DNA of 63,505 bases, filler included, from Octopus bimaculoides (Eukaryota): NCBI RefSeq assembly GCF_001194135.2. It is 6 parts of 6 records of this genome, joined end to end, with 100 filler letters (N's around TTAATTAATTAA, not from the genome) between each part and the next. Parts side by side here need not be neighbours in the genome. Positions count along the whole stretch, not along the records: positions 34,459 to 42,516 come from NW_026416654.1; positions 42,617 to 60,734 come from NC_068986.1; 4 more parts are not named here. One strand, written 5' to 3'. This document shows, piece after piece, positions 38,186-49,474 of this stretch; position 1 is the stretch's first letter; the number at the start of each line of letters is the position of its first letter. A program made the position numbers and the translations under genes. The notes under the pieces are model-generated. The model saw nothing but the letters and a program-made list of their open reading frames with translations, was not told the origin of the DNA and searched no databases.

Positions 38186-39606
38186 TAATCAAGGGTATGT
38201 GTTCTCGGAGTGTCTACGAAATTTTCGCAATAAACCTGCGTTTTTCATGTGAATTGATTTTTATGTAAGTGAAACTTCGTCTGGTGACTGCAATTAGAGT
38301 AGACCTCTGATCTACGCTCAAGTCGTATCATTGATTTAATACCTGGAACTTTTCAGTCAGAGGAAAACAACCTTGCATCTTCATGGCACTCCGTCGGTTA
38401 CGACGACGAGCGTTTCAGTTGATCCGATCAACGGAACATCGTCGTCGTCATCAACATCATCACCACCACCGCTACCACCACTACCACTATCATCATCATC
38501 ATTGTCATCATCATCATCGTCGTCGTCGCTGTCGTCATCATCTTCTACATCGTCATCACCCTCATCACTCTAAAACCACCATCACCATCGACACCACCTG
38601 GACCAAGTCTGACACCACCACTCACCCCCCTGAAATCACTATCAATGCACACGCAGCCAGCAGCACCACCAACAACAACAGCAACAACAATAACATCATC
38701 ATCATAATCAACTTCATTTCGTCCTGATCTTCATCACGTCACCACCACCATCACCTCAACAACCACCTCATCACTACCACCACCACTACCACTACCTCAA
38801 GTGAAATCACCATCAGTACCAACACCATCATCATCATGACCTCAACCACCANNNNNNNNNNNNNNNNNNNNNNNNNNNNNNNNNNNNNNNNNNNNNNNNN
38901 NNNNNNNNNNNNNNNNNNNNNNNNNNNNNNNNNNNNNNNNNNNNNNNNNNNNNNNNNNNNNNNNNNNNNNNNNNNNNNNNNNNNNNNNNNNNNNNNNNNN
39001 NNNNNNNNNNNNNNNNNNNNNNNNNNNNNNNNNNNNNNNNNNNNNNNNNNNNNNNNNNNNNNNNNNNNNNNNNNNNNNNNNNNNNNNNNNNNNNNNNNNN
39101 NNNNNNNNNNNNNNNNNNNNNNNNNNNNNNNNNNNNNNNNNNNNNNNNNNNNNNNNNNNNNNNNNNNNNNNNNNNNNNNNNNNNNNNNNNNNNNNNNNNN
39201 NNNNNNNNNNNNNNNNNNNNNNNNNNNNNNNNNNNNNNNNNNNNNNNNNNNNNNNNNNNNNNNNNNNNNNNNNNNNNNNNNNNNNNNNNNNNNNNNNNNN
39301 NNNNNNNNNNNNNNNNNNNNNNNNNNNNNNNNNNNNNNNNNNNNNNNNNNNNNNNNNNNNNNNNNNNNNNNNNNNNNNNNNNNNNNNNNNNNNNNNNNNN
39401 NNNNNNNNNNNNNNNNNNNNNNNNNNNNNNNNNNNNNNNNNNNNNNNNNNNNNNNNNNNNNNNNNNNNNNNNNNNNNNNNNNNNNNNNNNNNNNNNNNNN
39501 NNNNNNNNNNNNNNNNNNNNNNNNNNNNNNNNNNNNNNNNNNNNNNNNNNNNNNNNNNNNNNNNNNNNNNNNNNNNNNNNNNNNNNNNNNNNNNNNNTGT
39601 CATACC

Positions 39607-39646
39607 GGCCATGACGAAGGGAAATAGCCCTGAAACTCGAGTCGCC
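39607..39646 (+). ncRNA. Degenerate minimal hammerhead
   Basis: ggc c-a-TGACGA aggg aaatag ccct GAAA C tcga GTC gcc; palindromic stem III ACTCGAGT; one extra nucleotide in the core. Confidence 0.5.
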
Positions 39647-40466
39647 TTTATATATTTATATTTATATATTTGATCCTTTATATTGAACACTCAATATTTC
39701 ATCTACATTCAATACTTTATTTCATGGTGCCATCCATTTTTATTTTATTTTATTTTATATTATATATTGTATATTATATTATATATTGTATATTCCATAT
39801 TCTATACCCCACATTAGTTCTGCAGGAATATAAATAAAACATAAAAAACAGACAGTGTTGGAACTCTTTTAAACAAAATAATATATTCCTCTATACACAA
39901 TCATACAAAAAAACCACCTTTTTGTATTTATTTTTACTCGTGTGTGTGTGTGTGTGTGTGCGTGTATGTATATATAACGAATGAAGAAAGGGACATAGTA
40001 GTAGTAGTAGTAGCAGAAGAAGAAGAAAGAGCGGGGTAGATTAGTGTAGGAGGTAGTGCAGGGAGTGGTTGCAGAAGTAGGGGTAAATCTTGGGGTGGAC
40101 TGAAAGGTCAGTCTGTTTCGTGTGGTCAGTGAAATGGAACGACGGTCATCGAAGTTAGACATTCTACACTGAATGACTGAATGCAACACACCTCCATTTT
40201 GTTTTCATTACTTTCTTCCTCTTCCTCCGCCTCTTCTACTTCTTCTTCTTCTTCTTCTGTATTCTCCTTCACTCCACACACACCCCTTACACCGACCGCC
40301 CTCTCTACCCATCTCAACCGTCACCAGATCTTCCCCTCCCTTCAAACCCGCTGCGCTTCACTCTTCGTTTAATTATAATGTAATTGATTCATAACAACAA
40401 GCCCCCCCCCCAACACCAACAACAACAACGTTTATTTCTTTTGTTTTTCTTCTTTATTCTTATATC

Positions 40467-40847
40467 CTTGTTTCAGTCATTTGACTTCAGCCATGCTGGA
40501 GCATCGAAAATAAGGGGTTTTACTCGAAGAAATCTCCCCCACCTACCCAGGACATATTCTTCGTAAGACTAGAACTTATTCTATCGCTTTCTTTTGGCAA
40601 GCCGATAGATTATGTGGACGTAAACGCACCAACATCGGTTCTCAAGCGATGGTGAGGTAACAAACACACAGACACACAAATAAATATATACGATAGGCTT
40701 CTCTCAGTTTCCGTCTACCAAATTCACTCACCAAGCATTGGTCGGCCCGAGGCTATAGTAGAAGACACTTGCCCAAGGTGCCATGCAGTGGGACTGAACC
40801 CAGAACCATGTAGTCGGGAAGCAAGCTTCTTACCACACACTGCGCCT
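40467..40847 (-). mobile_element. SINE family B, full length
   Basis: Family homology over the whole length. Confidence 0.85.
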
Positions 40848-41572
40848 GTATGACCAAAGAAACGGCCCATCCTGGTTTGGCTGCTATTTCTACCAGGTCT
40901 ATCTACCACCCAGTGGTTCACTGCTTCCTTTGGTTACGGACCGCTTAACAGTCGGGTTCGGGTGCTGTGAAAGATAAGATATATGTTTATTTCAAGGGTC
41001 ACGTAGCTGTAATTGACCCCTATCGGACAGACAGGCCTTGTTCTTGTGGCAAAGATGGCTGGAAGTTGATATACAGGTTGTTGCTGTGGTTTCGGTGGTA
41101 GTGTTAGTGGTGGTATTGGTAAGTTTAGCGATGGTAGTTGTGTTGGTAGTAGCAGTGGTGGTGATGGTGTTGGCGGTGGTGGAGGTGATGGTGATAGTGG
41201 TGGTGGTGGCGGTGGTAGTTGTGTTACAGTTTTTGTTATTCTTGCCGCTCTTGTTGTTCTTGGTAGTAGTAGTGGTGGTGGTGGTGGTACTCGCATTAGT
41301 GGTGACGGTTGTACAAATGGCTGGAGCAATTAAGGTGGGTGGGTGGGTGGATTGAAAGAAGAAGGTAAGGGTTTCGGTTCAGATTTCGGCAAGGTTATAT
41401 ATGTCAGCGTTTAGGGGGGTCCCTTAGTGCAACAAATAGGAGTCGAGAAAATGGGAGAAGAGAGGGACTGAGGAGAAGATGGTGGCAAGAAAGAAAGAAT
41501 GAAGGGTGAATACAACAATGAGTTTTTTTTATCTGTCATCAATATGATGGTGATGACGATGATGATGATAAT

Positions 41573-41735
41573 CCTGTCTACTAAAAGCACAAGGCCTGGA
41601 ATTTGAGGGGAGGGGGTTAGTCGATGACATTGACTACATTTCTTGACTGGGATCCTAATGTCCAGAGTTAAAATTCCGCTGTGAGCGACTTCGCCTTTCA
41701 TCATTTCGGGGTCGATAAATAAAGTACCAGTCAAG
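41573..41735. mobile_element. Family A SINE with an internal inversion
   Basis: Minus-strand tail to 41650, plus-strand core 41651-41726, flanked by inverted cttgactgg / ccagtcaag. Confidence 0.7.
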
Positions 41736-42419
41736 GGGATCTTTTCCGGTTGGCTGTGAATTTTCGAAAATTCAACATATATTGAAAATCTTAAAATTTG
41801 GTGTATTAATGTAGTTTTCCAAGCTGAATTCTCAAATGATATTTCAATTTTTTTCTTCCGCCACCACCAACACCACAAGCAACATGACCACCACTGCCGA
41901 TACTCCCACACCAGTCTAACCTCAAGAATACTACCACCACCACAACAGCTATAACACCAACACCAACAACAACAGCAACGACGATAAGACCAAAATTACA
42001 ACATCCATAACCGCCATCACATTTCTTCCCTACACCAACAACAACAACAGACACTTTCCGTTCTCTCCTCTCCAACACGACCATCACCCTTGAACAGTAT
42101 TTACCCCCAAACACCCTAATCCCGAACAACAATTCTTGTCCTGTAATTCCCAGCAGAATATAACATTTCAGTGAAACGAAGAATTCCAGCTAAAACATAT
42201 TTTCCTCTTTCTCTACCAATATACGTGAATATGTATATGCGTATATACATATGTATGTGTGTGTATGTATGTATGTGTGTGTGTGTATGTGTGTGTGTGG
42301 TTGTGGTTGTGTTTGTGTGTGTGTGTGCATAGAAATATATGTATTTCTTTATATATATACATATATAATTATTTTTTAATATATATCTATGTTTCTATAT
42401 AAAACCAGGAGTAGCGTGC

Positions 42420-42453
<34 letters not shown>

Positions 42454-42716
42454 ATGGGTGTGTGTATATATCTATATCCTTCTATCTATCTACCTATATA
42501 TATATATATATATATANNNNNNNNNNNNNNNNNNNNNNNNNNNNNNNNNNNNNNNNNNNNTTAATTAATTAANNNNNNNNNNNNNNNNNNNNNNNNNNNN
42601 NNNNNNNNNNNNNNNNTCCGGTCAGTCATTGTTATGATCGGCCATTATTATGATTGACCGTTGACTGAACACTATTCAATTTTTTTCTCTCCGTGTTTTT
42701 CTCCTTGTCTCCGTAT

Positions 42717-42753
42717 TCTTTCTGTTGAAGAGCGTAGCTCGAAACGTCAAAGA
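42717..42753 (+). ncRNA. Minimal hammerhead fold with A6U core change, inside a PLE-terminus-like repeat (about 42617-42850)
   Basis: tcttt CTGTTGA a gagc gta gctc GAAA C GTC aaaga: 5-bp stem I, 4-bp stem II, loopless palindromic stem III ACGT. Confidence 0.55.
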
Positions 42754-42918
42754 CTTTCCGTATTCCCGAGCGTCATACTAATATATACTTTTGTTATTTA
42801 CACCACCTGTCCTCGTCTGTTGTTATTATTTGTATATTCTCCTATATATATATAATAAGGTTTTTAACTTTTAAATTTTCATATTCAAAAGAGACAGAGA
42901 CTTCAAATCCTCTGGAAA

Positions 42919-42964
<46 letters not shown>

Positions 42965-43064
42965 GTGTATGTATGTGTGTGTACACATATACACGTATAC
43001 AGATATGCATGCATATATCTCCATGTGCATGTGTGTATGTATATGTATGTATGTATGTGTGTGT

Positions 43065-43275
43065 GTGTGTGCGTGTTTGTCAATCTCCCCTACAGTATTG
43101 CTTTGTTTTCGTCCTCTTAACTCAGCGGTTCGGCGAAAGAATCCGATAGAATACGTACCAGATAAAAGGCATAAATACTGGGATCGATTTGTTCGACTAG
43201 CAACCAACCTTCAGGCAGTGCTCCAGCATGGCCGCAGGCCAATAGTTAAAGCATGTAAATGATAAAGAACAAAAA
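43065..43275 (+). mobile_element. SINE family B, 3' half
   Basis: cttaactcagcggttcggcgaaagaatccgatagaat...gtgctccagcatggccgcag. Confidence 0.75.
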
Positions 43276-43731
43276 TATAAAAACAATATGGCGTATTTGA
43301 AGAAAAGTCTCGTATCTTGTTTCAAGCCTATCATTGTAATAACGTTGGCGAGTAGACAACAACTCTTAGTGTTCCAGATCACATGACTTCCGGAGGTTGG
43401 CGTCAGATTTTCTAAAGATATAACCGGCATTCTGACTAAAGCTGGGAGTTTGGGGTCAAGTTAATTTTCTTATCCTTTGAAAACCCTTGAATTAATTAAG
43501 CTAATCATCGGTTTTACGAAACATTAAAGTATTTGGAAATATATCTTCCTTTGTCACGGTTAGTGGTCGTGGTATTTTTTTCTACCGCCGTCGGGTTTTG
43601 ATTCACTTTAGTTGTTTTCAGGGAAGACACTATATACACCTAGTTATACACACAATTATATACAGTCGTAGTATATAACAGTACACTCATTGTGCGAGGA
43701 TCTAGCGATGTATTTTTCACCGGATGCTAGG

Positions 43732-43810
<79 letters not shown>

Positions 43811-43900
43811 ACGTAAAGTGTAACATTATATCTGATTTTTCTTTCAGTTTAAGTTCTTCTTGAGAGGGTTCAAGTCGGTTGCTGAATGTATGTATGTATG

Positions 43901-43934
<34 letters not shown>

Positions 43935-43958
43935 TGTATGTATGTATGCATGTATGCA

Positions 43959-43995
<37 letters not shown>

Positions 43996-44319
43996 GACTG
44001 TATGTGTGTGCGTGTGTGTATGTATGTATGTATGTATGTATGTGTGTGTGTGTGTATTTGTATGTTTTGTTTTATGTATGTATTCTCAGCGGGGTTTTGA
44101 TTCACTTTTTTCTAGCAATTAAATAGATCCTTATTCAATTCATAACCCCAAGAGAAATGAGTTTTGTGGTTACGGTTTCTTCTATAACTGCAGCTAGAAG
44201 GAAATTGTTTACCTGTTGAGCCGTTGTTTTCATTCTGTTTCTCGGTTGTGTTGTTGTTGATGTTGTGTCCAGCCATGTTGTTTGTAGTAACTCTTTATGT
44301 ACACACGCATACACAAATA

Positions 44320-44602
44320 CGTACGTATGTGTATACGATCATTTGGTAATTTGTGTTCGCGTTTGACCTCTCAACACTTGATAACCGGCGTTGGTTTGTT
44401 TACGTTGCAGTAACTTGGTGGTTCGCCAAAAAAGCCGGTAGCATAGGGACCAGACTTGAAAAAATTAGTACTGGGGTTCATTTGCTTCAACTAAACAACC
44501 CTTCAAAACCGTGTCCAATGATAAATGATAAAGATTGAAAAATTATATATCAAGATGGTGCCCCAGCGTGGCCACAGTCTAATGACCAAAACAAGTAAAA
44601 GA
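44320..44602 (+). mobile_element. SINE family B, 3' half, degenerate
   Basis: gataaccggcgttggtttgtttacg...gccacagtctaatgaccaaaacaagtaaaag. Confidence 0.65.
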
Positions 44603-44634
44603 TATAATATAAATAACACACACACACACACACA

Positions 44635-44949
44635 TATAAAGGATCGTGGGTAAGGCCAAAACAAGGCGAAGTAAATGCAAGGTAAATCACAAAAAATATA
44701 TGAATTAATGTAAACTTACCTTGTATTCAATATTTCGGGGTTATGACCCCATTTTCAAGAAAATAAACGAATGTTGCCCATGTGCGTTCACACACACGCA
44801 CATCGGCAACATTCGTCGATTTGTAGAAAATGGGTCATGACCCCGAAATATTGAATACAAGGTAAGTTTATTAATTCATATATTTGTTTTCTTGTGATTT
44901 ACCTTGCATTTACTTTGCATTGTTTTCGCCTTACCCACAATCTTTTATA
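44635..44949. repeat. 315-bp foldback palindrome; each arm carries an outward-pointing HHR-like motif
   Basis: Arms of about 150 bp are reverse complements around a short (CA) loop at 44787-44796; TATA at both ends. Confidence 0.9.
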
Positions 44950-44984
44950 CAATATATTCTGCACAATACTTCATAGTAATTATT

Positions 44985-45015
<31 letters not shown>

Positions 45016-45945
45016 NNNNNNNNNNNNNNNNNNNNNNNNNNNNNNNNNNNNNNNNNNNNNNNNNNNNNNNNNNNNNNNNNNNNNNNNNNNNNNNNNNNNN
45101 NNNNNNNNNNNNNNNNNNNNNNNNNNNNNNNNNNNNNNNNNNNNNNNNNNNNNNNNNNNNNNNNNNNNNNNNNNNNNNNNNNNNNNNNNNNNNNNNNNNN
45201 NNNNNNNNNNNNNNNNNNNNNNNNNNNNNNNNNNNNNNNNNNNNNNNNNNNNNNNNNNNNNNNNNNNNNNNNNNNNNNNNNNNNNNNNNNNNNNNNNNNN
45301 NNNNNNNNNNNNNNNNNNNNNNNNNNNNNNNNNNNNNNNNNNNNNNNNNNNNNNNNNNNNNNNNNNNNNNNNNNNNNNNNNNNNNNNNNNNNNNNNNNNN
45401 NNNNNNNNNNNNNNNNNNNNNNNNNNNNNNNNNNNNNNNNNNNNNNNNNNNNNNNNNNNNNNNNNNNNNNNNNNNNNNNNNNNNNNNNNNNNNNNNNNNN
45501 NNNNNNNNNNNNNNNNNNNNNNNNNNNNNNNNNNNNNNNNNNNNNNNNNNNNNNNNNNNNNNNNNNNNNNNNNNNNNNNNNNNNNNNNNNNNNNNNNNNN
45601 NNNNNNNNNNNNNNNNNNNNNNNNNTATACACACACACACACACACACACATATGCACACACACACAATATATATGTATATAAGAAAAACGGAAGTTGAA
45701 AATGCACTGAGAATACACCAAAACAATAAGAAACGAACGAAAAAACGATTCCTTCAAAGGGGTTTGAAGCATCCAATTCACTGGTAGGGCAGTTGAATAC
45801 CACAGATATAGGGGTATAAACACAAATACAAATAATAAATTAGATAGAGAAATACAATTGACAATCTAACAATTTATTTACATTATAATATAATATACTA
45901 TAAAATATAATATAAAATAAACTAACAACCAATTAAAAAACAAAT

Positions 45946-46031
45946 AAAGCCAACAATTTGTTTCGACTTCTATACATTATTTGATTTATAAATAATTCGT
46001 ATCTACGTTATACAAGTCTCTTCAGAGCCTT
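45946..46031 (-). ncRNA. Type I hammerhead ribozyme, canonical core
   Basis: aaggct CTGAAGA gacttgtata..tatagaagtc GAAA C aaatt GTT ggcttt: 6-bp stem I (2 G:U), stem II 9 of 10 pairs, GUU site. Confidence 0.7.
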
Positions 46032-46435
46032 GATAAAAAAAAAACAGACGAAATTCCATGTAAAAGGACTGCCAGATTGCAAAATACTGATTCAAAATGC
46101 CTATGTTTAGAAGCGCGAGGGTTAACAATTCAAATACATAAGTACAATAAAAGAACAACAAAATTCAAATGGGTAAATTAAGTAATGAAAATTTACAACG
46201 GTCAAAAAATGTTTTTATATCTCTCCAATAATATTAATCTAAATGTATTTAAATCGAAAATATAGTATAGTATATCATATTATAATGTAAATAAATTGTT
46301 AGATTATCAATTATATTTCGCTATTTAATTTGTTTTATATATATATATATTTGTGTGTGTGTGTGTGTGTGTATAAATAAAATAAATACATATATTGCGT
46401 ATATGTGTATGTCTATGAATGTGTGCGCGCGCGTA

Positions 46436-46495
<60 letters not shown>

Positions 46496-46556
46496 CACAC
46501 ACACACACACACACACACTCACATATATATACATACATATATATATATATACTCTT

Positions 46557-46869
46557 TAACTCTGTTACACGTTTCACTTATTTGACTGTGACCATGCTGG
46601 AGCACTACCTTTAGTCGAAGAAATCGACCCCAGGACTTATTCTTTATAAGCCTATTACTTATTCTATCGGTCTCTTTTGCCGAACTGCTGCATTACGAGG
46701 ACAGAAACACACCAACATCGGTTGTCAAACGATGGTGAGGACACACACACACACACACACACATATCGACTCACAAAGCTTTGGTTGGCCCGAAGCCATA
46801 GTAGAAGACACTTGGCCAAGGTGCCACGCAGTGGGACTGAACCCGGAAGCTACTTACCACACAGCCACT
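46557..46869 (-). mobile_element. SINE family B
   Basis: Family homology; head-to-head with the next copy. Confidence 0.85.
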
Positions 46870-46897
46870 ATATAATGTATATATTACACACACACAT

Positions 46898-47041
46898 CAT
46901 GTGACTGTATGGTAAGAAGCTTGCGTTCCAACCACATGGTTTCGGTTTCAGTCTCCTTGGGTAAGAGTCTTCTGCTATAGCCTCGGGTGGATCAAGGCCT
47001 TGCGAGTGGATTTGGTAGACGGAAACTGAAAGAAGCCCGTC

Positions 47042-47076
<35 letters not shown>

Positions 47077-47293
47077 GGCATATGTTTGTGTATCTGTGTT
47101 TGTCCCCCCCACCATCGCTTGGCAACCGATGTTGATGTGTTTACACTTCCGTAACTTAGCCGTTCGGCAAAAGGAACGATAGAATGAATACTAGGCTTAC
47201 AAAGAATAAGTCCTGGGGTCGATTTGTTCGACTAAAAGCGGTGCTCCAGCAAGGTTGCAGTCAAATGACTGAAACAAGTAAAACAATAAAACA
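46898..47293 (+). mobile_element. SINE family B, full length
   Basis: Head, core, internal (TA)n and tail gactgaaacaagtaaa. Confidence 0.88.
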
Positions 47294-47320
47294 ATACATA
47301 CACTCAAGGTATGTGTAGGT

Positions 47321-47370
<50 letters not shown>

Positions 47371-47598
47371 TACATATACGTGTACACATACGTATCTATA
47401 TACATGCATATGTATCCCCCTGCAACAGGTATACGTTCATAAGATAAGGGGTGATGGATAATTTTACAAACATACTACAACAACAACGACAACAATAATG
47501 ACGAAAACATAGACCGTAACAAATGACCATTGTTTGTCTTATCAGATAACAGCAGAGTATATGAAAAAGAATAAAATATTGTCTGACTTATATCAGAT

Positions 47599-47862
47599 AA
47601 GGGTACGATATATATATATATATATATATATATATCTAAAAAATACCAGCATGCTAGAGATAGCAGTCAAAACTTGACTCTAGTATTCATACAGCACTAG
47701 GAGAGAAGACAAAGAGACAAAATAAACTAGCAAAAAATTATTTTTTGCTAATTTATTTTGTCTCTTTGTCTTCTCTCCTGGCGCTGTATGAATATTTGAT
47801 GTGGTTTTAGAGTCAAGCTTTGACTGCTATCTCTAGCATGATGGTATCTTTTAGATACCCTT
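47599..47862. repeat. About 260-bp foldback palindrome
   Basis: tatctaaaaataccagcatgctagagatagcagtcaaa...ctagcaaaaaa tta ttttttgcta...ttgactgctatctctagcatgatggtatcttttagata; short insertion in the right arm, (TA)n inside the left arm. Confidence 0.9.
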
Positions 47863-47999
47863 GATTATAATTTTAACAATAATTATTACTTATGGGTTTT
47901 TTATTCCCATGCTAACCACTTGATATGATCGCTATTTAAAATAACGATCTTATCCTTATGTATATAAATTTATATATATATACATGCATACATACATAC

Positions 48000-48031
<32 letters not shown>

Positions 48032-49034
48032 NNNNNNNNNNNNNNNNNNNNNNNNNNNNNNNNNNNNNNNNNNNNNNNNNNNNNNNNNNNNNNNNNNNNN
48101 NNNNNNNNNNNNNNNNNNNNNNNNNNNNNNNNNNNNNNNNNNNNNNNNNNNNNNNNNNNNNNNNNNNNNNNNNNNNNNNNNNNNNNNNNNNNNNNNNNNN
48201 NNNNNNNNNNNNNNNNNNNNNNNNNNNNNNNNNNNNNNNNNNNNNNNNNNNNNNNNNNNNNNNNNNTATGCATATGTGGGCACAGGACGTCACAAAACGT
48301 AAACAACAAAAAAATACGAAGTACGAGTGCATGGAATATGGACTATTTTTTCGAACAACGAAAGGCACAAATGGAAAACAAGACAAACAACATAAAGAAC
48401 GACCCTTCATCAGTTTCGAGCATTTCACAATAAGATACGCCCTGATGTAGTGCCAGGCAGTCACTCTCCTGCACGACCAGATTTAAACCATGGGGGGTGG
48501 GTGGGTGGCCCGGGGCACTTCAAGTTTGGTGGGCCCCTTATACACAAGAAAATTACCAAATTTAAATCTGAAAACTCATCTATTTCATGTAACTGAATTT
48601 GATGACTTAGCAGAGATAGTTTAAATAATGACTGAAAATGCCGCTTTTAGGTACATTTTTCTCAAATTTCAAATTTCGTTTGTCACATATCCACTTGCAA
48701 ATATTTTTCATAAATGTTCACTACCTTCTATATCAGCAGTATAGTTAGTTAGACAAGTAAGACCACGACTATCTATGGCCGTCTTCTTCATACTCTCTCT
48801 GTCTATACTGACCGACATCACCTTATTTATAACGACTATCACATACCACTTGTCACGTGGGAGTGGTGTACTATTATTACTATTATCCCCACAACATCTC
48901 CCATTTTAAGATTTTCATTTTTCTCTTAGAGAGTTTCATTTTATTTCTTTTAATAGCAATCATTTTTATATCACCCTGCCTCCCTGTTTTGAATTTTTTT
49001 CTTAGTTACACATTTAATATTTTTTCCATTTGGC

Positions 49035-49110
49035 AGAGAGCAGAGCAAGCCCCCAAATCTGCTCTGCTGGGGACAGCTAGGATTTTGAGATTGGTGCTTG
49101 GATGTTGAAT
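49035..49110 (+). mobile_element. C-terminal remnant of an RLE-type LINE ORF
   Basis: KSALLGTARILRLVLGC*. Confidence 0.55.
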
Positions 49111-49474
49111 GTCTCCCACGGTAATAAACAATCAAATATCAAACTTATAACATGCAGAAAGAGAACCTGTGAAACCTCTAACAACAGGCTGCTGTCCGCT
49201 CTCACAGAATCAACCAGAACAAACAAGATCGAATGTTCGGAGAAGTAAAACGATATTAATAATGATAATGAAAAAAAAAAAAAAAAATGGCGTCGGAGGG
49301 ACGAGGTATACTCTGCGCACAGATAAATTTTTACGGAAATTATGGCGTGGCTTACAATGCGTTACTTAATCATGCTTTTTAACGGAACGCACAAGAAGGA
49401 GCATTGACTCGGCACGGTACGGAGCGACGAGAAGGAGCCTTAACTCAGAACAACACGGCGGGAAGGACATCAGG

